Assembly (NCBI GenBank): GCA_964016885.1
Contig: OZ024742.1
Span: 103,602,001 to 103,666,000, forward strand
Source: Eledone cirrhosa
Taxonomy: Eukaryota
Direction: 5' to 3'
DNA length: 64,000 nucleotides
Program-made: the position numbers and the translations under genes
Shown: in pieces, positions 1 to 12,990 of the stretch
How positions within the stretch are numbered: position 1 is the stretch's first letter
How the letters are laid out: the number at the start of each line of letters is the position of its first letter
Notes under the pieces: model-generated
The model's database searches: none
What the model was told of the DNA's origin: nothing
Seen by the model: the letters and a program-made list of their open reading frames with translations, nothing else

Positions 1-1187
1 ATATTTGACAGTTCAAAATGTAACAGTAATCCATTTGCTACTTTGATACGAAGGAAATCCTCATCATTGCCATTTAATGTTAATTTTCCATGTTTGTATG
101 GGTTAGACCAGTCTTGCTCAGATGTTCTGTTTTAGTTTGAAATCTATGGCTAGATGCTCTTCCTAATGCCAACTACATTACTTCATGGACTAGGAGCATT
201 TTATCCAACACTACAACCTAGGGTGGACTGGGTGATTTTTATTGTGACTCCAGCATTACCACTTTACAGGTTAGACTAGGTCTGTTTTAACATATCACCA
301 GTGCTAATTTTCAATAACTACATGCTGCTTGTTGAGTAGGTAGGATTTTATAATCCATTTTTGCAAGTTAGATACAAAGAAATAAGAAGATTTAAATCAT
401 TTGTGAGAAAACATAAATTTACAGAAAGCATTAGATATTTTTATTCTTCTTCATAGATCAAAACAAAACAAAATGTAAAATTAACATCATAAAATATATG
501 TTGAACAAACAATGTCACAGCTTCAAGTTAATGTATATGTAGCACAAGCAAGTAATGGATATTTTGCTGTCAATAAATTTGCAATGAGAAAAGAATATTT
601 TGTTATCTTGGCCAACAAGATATTTAACAAGAAGGAATGCTTCAATATCACAATTTATACTTCTAATTCAACCATTTTCTTTTCACTTATGTCTCACCTG
701 CAATGACAAAGTTAGGCTCCACCAGGCTAAGTTTGTCTTGATGCTATAACATATAATATACACATGAAGATGAAATCTTCAATGTTAGTCCAATTGCTCA
801 ATGGGACACAAGTTATTTAAGAAAAAAATATTAATAAATATTACAAATTTGATACCCCCCCCCCCCATTACTATATTTCTAATTAAATACTTAGTGTTTA
901 ATTAATTAATAAATAATTTAGAGGGCTTTACTAAATTTTCTGTTTCATTAAGATGGTATTTGTAGCATAACAGAATGTTCCAAGACAAAATTATGTTGCA
1001 AGGTTTTACTTTAAATAGAAACCCATTAAAATGGGTGGTTTGTTTCATAAAGAGAGAGGTGGTTTAGGGTACACCAAAAGGATTAATTTTAAAAAAAAAT
1101 CTGTTCAATTTCTAAGTTGCCTTAGATCTAAACCACGGAAGATTGCACAACATTATTAGCACTATAATAAAAAGAGGGAGTAATTAC

Positions 1188-1350
1188 CTGGCGAAAACTG
1201 CTGTTATAGTTTTCTGGTTTTTCCACTTTTAATTGTAGCATCCTAATGACTCCTCGTTTGATATTCAAAGCTAAAGGTTTCTCATCTTTATGGCTGAATA
1301 TTTCTCCATCTTTCACAAGTCCCTCTTCAAAGCCAAACTCAACATGAAAT
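1188..1350 (-). CDS. Exon 5 of large lipid transfer protein gene (vitellogenin/apolipophorin-like, Vitellogenin_N/LLT domain)
   Basis: Bounded by ttccacAG and GTaatt. Encodes FHVEFGFEEGLVKDGEIFSHKDEKPLALNIKRGVIRMLQLKVEKPENYNSSFRQ. LNIKRGxxxxLQ is a hallmark of the LLT module. Phase 2 start matches the previous exon. Confidence 0.85.
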
Positions 1351-1466
1351 CTGTGGAAATATGTTATCTAAAATGGTTAATATATACAAGGTATTTTATA
1401 CCTATAACAATTTTGCTATATCTGGAAAGAGGGGGAGGGAGAGAGGGAGGGAGGGAGAGTGTGTGT

Positions 1467-1497
<31 letters not shown>

Positions 1498-1609
1498 AAC
1501 ATATATGGATGCATATGTACATGTGGGAGAAAGTGTATGTGGGCTAATGCAAGTTTATGTATATGTAGGTTTTTTATGCTTTGTTATATGCATAGATCTG
1601 CTACATAAT

Positions 1610-1790
1610 TGTTTCTACTTTAGGAACAAGGCCAGCAATTATCCAGTGCATTACTGGTACTTTATTTTATCGACCCCGTAAGGATGAAAGGCAAAGTCAA
1701 CCTTGGCGGGATTTGAACTCAGATCATAAAGGGACGTAACTATGCTGGAAAGCATGGCGTCAAACCCTCTACCGATACTGCCAATCCATT
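1610..1790 (-). mobile_element. tRNA-derived SINE, abundant local family
   Basis: tRNA-like head (GGTAGAG...GAGTTCAAATCC) plus core GCCTTTCATCCTTACGGGGTCGATAAAATAAAGTACC. Related copies at about 3770-3925, 11450-11595, 11780-11905, 12811-12990, 13715-13900, 16490-16630, 19620-19730, 21648-21800, 48030-48215, 48455-48632, 48945-49130, 58845-59030, 62050-62210 and 62500-62640. Confidence 0.85.
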
Positions 1791-3572
1791 CAATTCTCTC
1801 TCTCTCTCCATATATATATACGCACACACATCACACACACTTGTATATATAGTTATTTTGCTATGCATTTTGTAACAAGTATGCAAATTTAGTTAAGCAA
1901 TCATTAGTTTCATATTTGAAGTCAGGCTTATCTGGTGTTAAAATCACACCAGAGGCCCAATGTAACATGAAGCCTGTTTGCAGGCCATTGAAATATACAT
2001 TGACTGGGGAGATTTTCTTCTGATGTTTTAGAAATGAAACAAGTTTGGTATAGGGAGATAAATCTATGAGTCTGTTTAGATTCTATCCATTAAAGGGTTA
2101 CAAGAGGCAAATCTGATATGTATGTTGATCTTTGATCTCTTCCCATCTTCCTTACTGAGGGTCAAGGACCATGGACAATTGTACCAATCCTAATCTATAA
2201 GATTCTCTATGTCCATAATTCTCATCAGGGAAAAAAACTGATGTCGGTGGGTCCTTGAATCTTTGTCTAACCATTACTTGGAAGTTGGCTACTGAGCTGC
2301 AACTTATCTGCCTTCATCACAGGGATGAAGCTGTTGGCCACTTCAAAGGTTGTCTCCAAGGTTCCACCTACTCTGGTTTTGAAATCAGAGTGATCCTTCC
2401 CTAAGACAAACTGTCAACCAAGACTAATGAGCTCACTCTACATGGTTTTTATTTTTGTGTGTTTTTTTTACTCACTATTGGATGGTCATTGACGTTTTTG
2501 AGTTCCTCTACTCTTTGACAGGTTTTGTTTTTCATCCTGCAGGTATCCAAAAGATACCCTCCTCACCAATCAAGCTTGGTGAGGTTGCCAGTTTAGTCAC
2601 TGTTACATGTTACAAGTAGTACCTGAGAGTGGCCTGACTATATGCTTGTAGTGTGACTATATAAGTAAACTATTGTTGTGTAAGTGTTTGTGCATGAATA
2701 TATAAGTACTAAACACAGATTCATCATAAATTTTGTCTCTGTGATTTAATAACCAAACTGGAATATCGGCGGAGGCATAACTAGGGAAAATAGCGCCTAT
2801 GGTAAGCAGTGAAATTACACTCCTGCCCAGCACTGTATTTTTACCCATGGGCCGAGTAATTTATACAAATGGTATAATAATTCGGCCACCATAGTGTCTC
2901 ACACATGATAATCAGAGATAAATCATACATCTGAAGGAGTTTCTTTTTTTTCACTCTCTGGCGAGGCTTATTTGACTTTAATAAAACGTGCTCCTAGTCC
3001 AAGTGACACCCTCTTCCTGTGGCGCCCATGGCATGTGCCACACCCTAGTTACACCTCTGAATATTGGTAATATGAAAAGATGGTGTCATAATAGAAGAGA
3101 GTCCCCAGTACATGGACATATACACACAGATATAGAGGGAAGTCAGACTTCCTACCAACAGGTGTTGGGTTCCCATTGAAGGTATTAGTTATGAAGTGGC
3201 ATCCACAAAGCCAACTAGTCTCATAAACTGGCCATCCATTTCTGTGCTATTGACTTGTCTAAGGCTGAACTACCATTCACCACTGGGGGTTATGCTTTGG
3301 CCGTGTGTGTGCATGTGTGCATGTGTGTGTGGGTGTATGTGTGTGCATGTGCACACACAAGTACATGTTATTTGTGCATTCCCTAATGCTGGAAATTAAT
3401 TTGTCAAAGGGTACATGAGTGTCTGATCATGTATACTCATGTGTGTGTTTGCATGCATGTGGATGTATATACATTTTTTTTAGTGTTGACTATGTGTAGA
3501 TAAATGTAAATAAATACGTATGAGTTAGAAAGTTAATTGGGAATTCTACTATGTTAAACATGAATTTCTTAC

Positions 3573-3661
3573 TTCTTCAGTAGATCTTTATATGATGTTT
3601 TTGTTTCTTCATTGCCTCCATTTCTGCCAACCAAAGTCATTGAACATCCTGTCATAACAAC
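3573..3661 (-). CDS. Exon 4 of LLTP gene
   Basis: Bounded by ttctttccttgtAG and GTaaga. 89 nt encoding VVMTGCSMTLVGRNGGNEETKTSYKDLLK(K). Phase 0 in and phase 2 out join both neighbours in frame. Confidence 0.8.
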
Positions 3662-3932
3662 CTACAAGGAAAGAAATCAAGAAATTATGTAAGGATATTT
3701 TTGATAGGTAATGCAAGAATAAACAGTGAAAGGGAATGTATGAGTTTGTGTAAAGTAGAGCTTACAGGCAGGAAATTGGTAGAGTCTTTAGAGCATCAGA
3801 TAGAATCATTTGCAGTATTCATTCTGGCTATCTGCACTCCCTGAGTTCAAAACCCATGAAAGTCAACTTTGCCTTCCATCCTTTCAAGGTTGATAAATTG
3901 CCATTATAGTACTGGGGTTGATCCCCATCTCC

Positions 3933-3968
<36 letters not shown>

Positions 3969-3971
<3 letters not shown>

Positions 3972-5242
3972 GGTGGGGCATAATTCCTGTTACAAAGTTT
4001 TAAATCAATTTAAAAATACATTATGTTGCTAATATAACTAATATATTTGTATCAAATCCATGCACTATAACCATATTAGCTATTTTTCAGAACATTACTC
4101 CATTAACAATTTTCAATGTCCATAGAATTGAAAAGAAAGTTCATAATAGTTCAAATTTAAATTGGGGAAAATTCTTAAGATCAATAGAATGTTGATCAAA
4201 AGGACAATCAATCGATTTAAGGAAACTTCCTCGACCAATGACAGACCTCAATCCGGACGCCCTCGCACCTCAAGAACACCAAAACTCGTTAAAAGTGTGA
4301 GGGAAAAAATAAGGCGTAATCCAAGAAGGTCCATGAGAAAAATGGCAGAAGAAGCAGAAACATCGCCCAGAACTATGCGGAGGATATGTCACGATGATCA
4401 GGGGATGTCACCCTATAAGTTCCAAAAGAGGCAGCTTCTTTTTGCAGCCACAATTGAAAAGAGGCTCTCCAGAAGTAAACTGTTATTGAACCGTATCAAG
4501 GATGGCACGCTGCAAAACATCATCTTTACAGATGAGAATTTATTCACTGTGCAGCAGTCTCACAATCATCAAAATGATCGAGTACTTGCAAAAAGTTTCA
4601 AATCAATTCCTTCAAGTGTAGGAAAAGTGTTCAGAACACAGAAACCAGCATCAGTGATGGTTTGGGCAGCCATTTCTGAAAGAGGGAAGTCTCCCCTGAT
4701 TTTTGTGCCTCAATGAGTTAAAATTAACAAAGAACTTTACATAAAGGATATTTTGGAAGGAGCACTGATGCCATGGTGCACATCTGTTTATGGCGATCAC
4801 ATTTGGACTCTCCAATAAGATGGAGCGACGAGCCACACTGTTCACGTAACACAACAGTGGTGTAGAGACCATTGTCCTGCATGGATCAGTAAGGAAGAGT
4901 GGCCTCCCACATGACCAGATTTCAACTCTCTCGATTTTTCTTTATGGTCAATTCTTGAGAGGGAAGCCTGCTCTACTCCTAGCCAAAATATTGAAACTCT
5001 AAAATCAAAACTGAATAAAATATGGGAGAAAATACCCATGGAAACTGTTCGTGCAGCCATCGAAGACTTTCCTAGAAGACTTCGAGCAGTAGTGAGAGCT
5101 AGAGAAAGCATTTCGAATAAATGTTTGTGCAGTTGTTTAATAGTTTATTACTTACTATTTGCTGAAGTCCGATCTTGAAATAAATGTTTTTTTCAAGAAC
5201 TATTTGCATTTTATTTTGTAACAGTTTTTATGCCCCACCCTG
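3969..5242 (+). mobile_element. Full-length Tc1/mariner transposon, DD37D (maT-type), with inactivating stops
   Basis: TIRs CAGGGTGGGGCATAA...TTATGCCCCACCCTG inside (TA)n. Transposase at about 4162-5120 with GRPR, FTDE, *DGATSH and PDFNSLD. 37 residues between the 2nd and 3rd D. In-frame stops. Confidence 0.93.
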
Positions 5243-5339
5243 TATATATATATATATATATAGATATAGATATATATAAATATCAAATGTGTGTGTGTGC
5301 GTGTGTGTGTGTGTATGTGTGTGTATATATATATATTAG

Positions 5340-6750
5340 TGCAACTAATTAGAGAAAGAGTCAAACTAAATGAGATATAGTTTGGTTTTGTGCCTGGGAA
5401 ATCTACAACAGATTCCCTCTTCTTAGTGAGACAACTACAAGAGAGGTTCTTAGAGAAGAATAAGCCACTATACTTAGCTTTTGTTGACCTAGAGAAGGCC
5501 TTTGATAGGGTACCCTGATCTGTCATCTGGTGGTCCCTAAGGAAACTAGGTGTTGAGGAATGGCTTGTGAGGACAGTGCAAGCTTTGTACAGAGGTGCTG
5601 TCAGTAAAGTGAGGGTAGGAATGGAGTTTAGTGAGGAATTCCAGATACAAGTGGGAGTACATCAGGGTTCGGTCCTCAGCCCACTATTGTTCATTATAGT
5701 CCTCCAAGCCATAACAGAGGAGTTTAAGACTGGTTGCCCATGGGAACTTCTCTATGCTGATGATCTGGTTCTTATAGCAAATCAGTAGAGGAGCTAGAGA
5801 ATAAATTCTGGCTATGGAAACAGCAGTTGGAATTAAGAGGACTGAGAGTGAACCTAGCTAAGACAAAAGTGTTGATAAGTAGAAAAGAGGACAAAACTCT
5901 GATTCTGTTAGGGAAATGGCCATGTTCGATATGTAGAAAAGGAACTGGCATAAATTCTATAAAATGTACACAATGTAGATCTTGGGTACACAAGAGATGT
6001 AGTGGGATAGCAGACAAACTACCAGGTAGGGAAAAATACGTATACAGTAGATCTACGGGGAAATTTGACAGTAGAAGTCACAGTGATAGACACATTTTTC
6101 AAATGCAGGTAGGCTCTATAGAAGTGGTTGATAGCTTCTGGTACTTAGATGATCGGATTAGCATGGGAGGGGGGGGGGGGGTTCTAAGGCCATAGTATCT
6201 AGAATAAGGACGGGTTGGAAGAAGTTTAGTGAGCTGCTTCCTCTGCTGACAAAGAAGGGTTTCGCCCTGCATATGAAAGGCCGGCTATATGATGCTTGTG
6301 TGAGACGTGTGATGCTGCATGGTAGTGAGATATGGGCAGCAACTGCAGAGGATATGCGATGGCTGGAGAGAAATGAAGCAAGCATGCTTCATTTCAATGT
6401 CAATGTACATGAATGACCAAGCATAGACGAGTTGAGAGAGAAACTGTGTATAAGAGGGATAAGTTGTAGTGTGCGGGAGAGAAGATTGAGATGGTATGGA
6501 CATGTGATGCGCATGGAGGATGACCACTGGGTAAAGAAGTGCCAAGAAATCCCAGTAGAGGGAAGATGCAGTAGAGGAAGACCACGGAAAACATGGGCAA
6601 AGGTGGTGAGAGTGGACCTCAGATCACTGAAGCTCACGGAGGAGATGACGAAGGAACGTAACAAGCGGAGAGATGCTGTGCTAAATAAGACCCGTCCCAC
6701 ACTTGCAAGCAGGTAAAAGTGGATGTAAAATGATGATGATGATGATGATA
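5340..6750 (+). mobile_element. 5'-truncated RTE-clade LINE (RT pseudogene) with (TGA)n tail
   Basis: Motifs FGFVPGKSTTD, FVDLEKAFDRV, GVHQGSVLSPLLF, LLYADD, RLRWYGHV, GRPRKTW. Ends in taaaatgatgatgatg. Confidence 0.9.
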
Positions 6751-6920
6751 ATATATAGAATTTGTAATTTGTCCTGTTTCATTTGTATATGTAAATAGAG
6801 CTGTTTAAGTTGAATGGTTCTGAGCTGCTGTTTCTAGCAGTCTTATGGTCTATTCACTCACTGACAACTCAACCATGCAACATGTATTTGGTTGTATTTG
6901 GTTACATGTTACCAATATAT

Positions 6921-6960
<40 letters not shown>

Positions 6961-9621
6961 GGATGCAGAAAGTAAATGAAAGTAAACAACATAGGAGATT
7001 GAGACATTACAATGAAGATATATATTAGTTATATATATAGCAAGAACAGAATGTTTCCAATGTTAGTCCTTCATCAGAAGACAGAATGAGAAATAAAAGA
7101 AGAAATAGATAGCACATGTATTTAGTCAATCTTAGTATACACACACATACACATATTTAGCACATATTTAGCACATTAACATGTTACTCTGTTGTTCAGC
7201 TAACTTACAGAAATTATATATTGCACTCATAGTTTTTCAAATTGTCAATCTTGAGTGCACACACATACACATACACTGACACACACACACTGGCACACCC
7301 ATGCACACACACTTACAAACGCATTAAGTGATATATATACGTTTTTCTCTTTTCTTTTTCCTTCTCATTTTAATTCATTTCTGACTGAAATTATTTATCA
7401 CTGTTTAACATCTATTTTCCCACGCTAGCATGGGTAAGACAAGTTGTTCTATTTGAGACAAGTTAGATCAGGTGACTGTGTCTTGTTCATACAGAACTGT
7501 TTCTGGCTTGGTTTCTATGGTTGGATGCCCTTCCTAATACCAACCACATTTACAGCGTGGTCAGGGCGTTTTTTTATCATGGCACCAAAATGAGCACTTT
7601 ACAGTGTGGGCTAGGTGCTTTTTGTCGTTACATCAACAACCACTTTACAGTGTGGACAGGGCTCTGTTTGTCATGCCTTCATATATGTATATATATTGAT
7701 TTCTAATAGGCACAAGTTTCCCAGTACACTCTGTAAAGTGGTTGGTATTAGGAAGGGCAACCAGCCATAGAAAATTATTTGCCAAACTAAATCTTAGAAA
7801 GACTCATCAATTGCGTAAAAGACATGACAACCTCCTAAGTGTTGGTGGAATGATAAAATAAATTTGGTAGAGCACAAGAATGTATATAAGTGAGATGCAA
7901 GCCCATCCAAGACATCAATGGCTTTGCTTGAGTACTGACTTCATTTCTGAATTTGTTGCCTTGCCTTCATGAGTTAAATAGAGCAATAAATTGATGTCTA
8001 GGTTTAATCCACTTATAGTTGAAGATCCTAATAGTTTCTTCCCTAACACATCTCAACTATGGAATTCTCTTCCAGCTTCTTCTTTTCCTGACAACTACAA
8101 AAGCAACATCAATCATCATCATCTCTCTTGAATTATGTTCCCTTGGTTTTGTTCTTTTGGAAAAGAGGGAGTTAAAAAAATTATGATAGTGTTGATGATG
8201 ATGATTATTAACACTTTTGGTATCAAACTGCCTGAAACCACCCTTACTTCTATGGTGAAGAGTTGATTATTTTAAATGGTTTATATCTATCTAAAAATCT
8301 TCTATCATAATTTAAGTAAGAAAATTTACTTTGTTTGACACACCAGCTTATTAATGATAAAGTTATATTATTATATCCTTTCAAATTATTCATTATTTTC
8401 AAAATGATTTGAAAATTATAGGTAGTGTCTTATATTAGAAATATAGTAAACAAAATGATTAAAATATATTTAGTCTTACTTTGAAATTATATTATGTTGG
8501 AATATAACAATTAAGACGGGTTGCTCTGACCTATGCTAGAATGGGAAATGGATGTAAAAATACCAATGTTATAACCATGTAGGGAGAATATGCAGCATTG
8601 ACAACAAAAGAATCCATACTGTAATTAGAACCATCCATACAGTTCTAGTCTGGTTGTTTTCATATCTATCAATGTCCTATATAGAGGTGTAGTACTTGGT
8701 AATAAATGGTTGAAGAAAACTATGTAAAACACCTTAAGAGGACATGAATTACTGTTCTTGCATAAAATATAAACATTACTTCTGATTTTCTCTTTGATAA
8801 TCATTATGTTTGACCATTTTACTCTCTTTCCCTCAAAATAATAATAAATCTCTGTAATTACATCATCATCACTTAATGTCAGCTTGTAGCAATAATTTGA
8901 TACTCTCTGCAATAGGGTTTCATTTGGTCTATTAAGTGGCCACCAAGAACACGACCTCCAAACAACACGGTAGAGCTGTTTCTCTTTATCTCGGTTGGCC
9001 AGTGGTCTGGAGAGGCTGGCAGACCTGAGGTTAAATGAGATAAGTTTTCTCTATATCATTTGACTCTCATTTCTCAGATGTGGACATACTTCGAATTGCT
9101 CAAGCAGTAGAGACATGTAGCCAAACACTCCTACCTAGTCTACAGGGTTAGGCTACTTCGATAAAGGTTAGTTCAAGGCATCTGGTCAGATTACTACTAC
9201 ATTCATGCAAACCAACATAACACAATTCCCTCGTATTTTCTTTTGGTTTTTTTTTCCTGTCTTATCGACAATAGATTCAAAGTTAGCTATTTTCTTAATA
9301 AAAGTTCTTTATATAGCGAACATGTTTTACTTGTTCTTTCCTCAGCATTTTCTCCACAACATTTTTACCTGACTCATAATCACCCAGTATGCCAACAACA
9401 ATTACACACTCTACCACTCTCAAATGAATAACAACAAACACAAGCTAATTCCTTCCACATCGCTACATAAAGTATTTTATTCAAGGACAGAACATGCTAC
9501 CCTGTTGAGGAATCAAACTCACAACCTTCCAATTGTGAGCCAAGCACCCTAACCATTAAGCCATGCTAAAGGGTTAGACAGTGAAATATATCAGTTATCA
9601 AATGATATCACATGATATTAC

Positions 9622-9770
9622 CTTGACATTTTCGTGACATTTACATGGTGTGTAGAGGTGAACATTACAGGTGAGCTTCCCTCCGGCTGGGATTTCCTCA
9701 ATTCCAATAAAGTTGGCCGATGCATCAGTTGTATATTCATATACATATTTGGAATTAGGCTTAAACCAAT
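9622..9770 (-). CDS. Exon 3 of LLTP gene
   Basis: Bounded by ttttctaatcctAG and GTaata. Encodes WFKPNSKYVYEYTTDASANFIGIEEIPAGGKLTCNVHLYTPCKCHENVK. FxPxxxYxYxY is the typical start of the LLT domain. Confidence 0.85.
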
Positions 9771-9794
9771 CTAGGATTAGAAAAATGATGGTAG

Positions 9795-10060
9795 TTACAA
9801 TAACAACAACAATAATAATAAGGAGCCACAACAATGACAACAGCAACAATTAAAATAGTAACTGCAACAGCTAATAATCACAATAACAACTGAAACAGTA
9901 ACAATAAAAACAGGATAAACAGCAACAGCAAAAACAACAACAATTACATTCCCTACAGTAGCAACGACAACAACCACAGTAACAACAGTAATGATAATAG
10001 TAACAAGCCACAAAAACAACAGTTGCAGCAACAAACAAAAACAACAACAGCAACAATAAT
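9795..10060. repeat. Degenerate (AAC/AAT/CAG)n trinucleotide tract
   Basis: Directly visible, immediately upstream of the exon 3 acceptor. Confidence 0.85.
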
Positions 10061-10434
10061 TTCGTATATTGGCCCCAAGAGCTGAATATTTTTGCGGTAA
10101 TAGAAAGGCATTTTACAATGACAAAGGAAGGAGCAATGTATAGATGAATTTAGGTTCCCTCGAGATTGACAAAAGGTGTAGAACAGACTAGCATCTTGAA
10201 TTATCATCTTCTTATTCACCCAATTATTCCTGAGAGAGTTGTGGGTACACAGTCCTCAGACACACTTTCCAGAGGGTTCTGTAAGAAGCAACCATCTCCA
10301 AATGGTCCGGTGAGATCCTTATAACCTTCAAAACAGGGCTGGATTAAAAAATGTTTTTCTTTTTTTTTAATAATTCCTTCCGCTCCTGTGTGTGTGTCAG
10401 GGCCCCGACGGCTGAGCTCCGGCCGTTTCGACAG

Positions 10435-10470
<36 letters not shown>

Positions 10471-10488
10471 CTGTCGAAACGGCCGGAG

Positions 10489-10531
<43 letters not shown>

Positions 10532-12495
10532 ATAAAGAAGTTGAAAATGCAATTGGAGTCTTTAAGAAAGTTTATTTACAATAACGTATAACTTTACAGG
10601 TTTCACAAGTTTCATGATTTACAAAATAGTTAAGAGAGATGTGTCACTATGCCGACTTATAATTCGCATCTAATGGAAGCAATAAAAGTGGATCAGATTG
10701 CTATATTTTTGACGTACCACGGGATTGGGCATCGAATGGTGTGGTATTTCCATGCCAAAAATCGGGTGTGTCATGGTTCTTTCAGTTGTATGCAAAACAG
10801 TGGCTCAAATTATTATCTCTTTAAACTTTATACTTTTGAAACTCATGAAACTTGTGAAACTGGTTAAGTTATAAATTATTGTAAAGAAATCTCCTTAATG
10901 ACTCCAATTGCATTTTCTACTTTTTCTTATATTTTTACCCGCGTGGGATATATTAAAAAAAAACTTACTTTCGAATACGCGCGCGCGTGTGTGCGTGTGT
11001 GAAAAAGAACTTTATTGTATATAAATGAAAGTAAGTTTGTAAAGCGATACTTCCAGATGACAACGAGGAATTCTCACATACAGGTTATTCTGAGAACACA
11101 GGTCACTTTGGTGTTGTGTTGGTGGGTAGATTTTGGTTGCCCTACACAGATAACTACTATCTGAACATGTGATGTGTTGATGTAAACTACTAACTATCAT
11201 TTAAGTTTCGACCAAGATAGATGCAAGTATATCTGCAAATCATCATTGCATTGACAATATAAATGATGTATGCGTGTATGTATTGTCCCGTAACTCCTGA
11301 TAGAGTCGTAGGGGCGCCATACGGCGTTTCTTGGACATTTTAAGCTTGGCGGAGGCCATCCCTCTCCAGATCTGAGGAGAGCAGATTTCTTCCAGAGAAA
11401 GATAGAAAGTGAGAGAGAGGAAATTAGAAAGAGATGTAGAGGAAGAATCGACACCAGTACTAGACTGGTACTTCTTTTTATCGACCTCGAAAGGATGAAA
11501 GGCAAAGTTGACCTCGGTACGATTTGAACTCCGAGAGCAGATACCATAAAGCATTCTATCCAACGTTCTAACCACTCTGCCATTTCTCCGCCTATTGACA
11601 ATATACTTAATTACAAAAACAGAAAGATGTGACAAGCTCCACTTTGTATGTATGGACCGTAACTCTTGATGATTCATAGAGGCATCGCAGTGATATTTTA
11701 AAAACCTGGCGGAGCCCAACTCTCTCTTTATCTGAACCCAACTGATTTTGTTCCACAGAGAAAGAGACATAGAGGAATAATCGACTCCAGTACTGAACTG
11801 GTACTTTATCGATCTCGAAAGGATGAAAGGGCAAAATTAACCTCGGCAGAGGGCCAGAATGAATACTGCAAAGCATTCTATCCGACGTTCTAACGACTTT
11901 GCCCATGAGCTTGTAGCGCTCTCTAGACAAAGGGAAGTAGCCAAAGTTACTTCCCGTAGAATTTCTAGAATACTCCTTGAACTTCCGTTTCAGAGATTAT
12001 AAAAGAAGGAGCAAAGGACAATCTACCTCTTTTTCACCTCTTGGCTGCCTGGCCTTAAGGTTGCGCCAAAAGGTATACTCTCTTTCACTAACGGCTCTAG
12101 AACTGACCACACCAAGCACAGATGCTAAACCTTTTCTAATCCTATCCTATACCTCAGGATTACACCACATCATGGCACGAGGTACGTTTCACTACCAAGA
12201 TTGTAACAAGCTACTTCAATAAATGTAAATCGTTACCGATACACTTTTCCGAAGTATTCATTCATGTTTCAATTACTACATAGTCATTTCTTTTACATCT
12301 TCTAAACAAATTAAATTAGTGGTTGGCATGTAGTTGTATTTACTGGAGTATATAACCCTATGGCCAATTCACTAAAAGCTCAACATTACACAAATTTATA
12401 CATTCCTACATTCATATATAAAAATATACATGCATACATTTCATGGAAGAATTTAGAGAAACTCAAACATTGACAGATAAGATATAAGTACTTAC

Positions 12496-12534
12496 TGTTT
12501 TTACAGGGCGGACAAGAGGCTGAGATGATTTGCT
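12496..12534 (-). CDS. Exon 2 (39 nt) of LLTP gene
   Basis: Bounded by tttctgttgcAG and GTaagt, both strong sites. Phase 1-1, encodes (E)QIISASCPPCKN(N), in frame with exons 1 and 3. Confidence 0.75.
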
Positions 12535-12810
12535 CTGCAACAGAAACGACATTGATATTAAATTAAATACATACAAAGAACGAAACGTTAATATATGATG
12601 TTTGTTTTAAATATTGATTAAAATGCATTTGAATATGTTTAGTAAGAAAATATTCGATAACTACAGGAATCTATTGATGACTGGATTGCAGAAACCCAAA
12701 CGCCAATTCTTGTAGTGGCCTCATTTACACATGCATTGTGGAAGACATAGCTGAAATCTCGGTACCCTGAGTTTGGAACATTACAATATGGGGCATAGGT
12801 TAAGAATAAC

Positions 12811-12990
12811 TGTTTCTACTTTAGGCACAAGGCCAGCAATTACCCAGTGCATTACTGGTACTTTATTTTATCGACCCCGTAAGGATGAAAGGCAAAGTCA
12901 ACCTCGGCGGGATTTGAACTCAGATCGTAAAGGGACGTAACTATGCTGGAAAGCATGGCGTCCGACCCTCTACCGATACTGCCACTCCAC
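12811..12990 (-). mobile_element. Young tRNA-SINE with AAGAATAAC target-site duplication
   Basis: AAGAATAAC occurs on both sides. The empty site is preserved in the inverted copy at about 13618-13640. Confidence 0.85.

Noticed and set aside
1610-1790. tRNA genes suggested by A/B-box motifs
   Set aside because: These are SINE heads that continue into a SINE core, and no full cloverleaf was seen.
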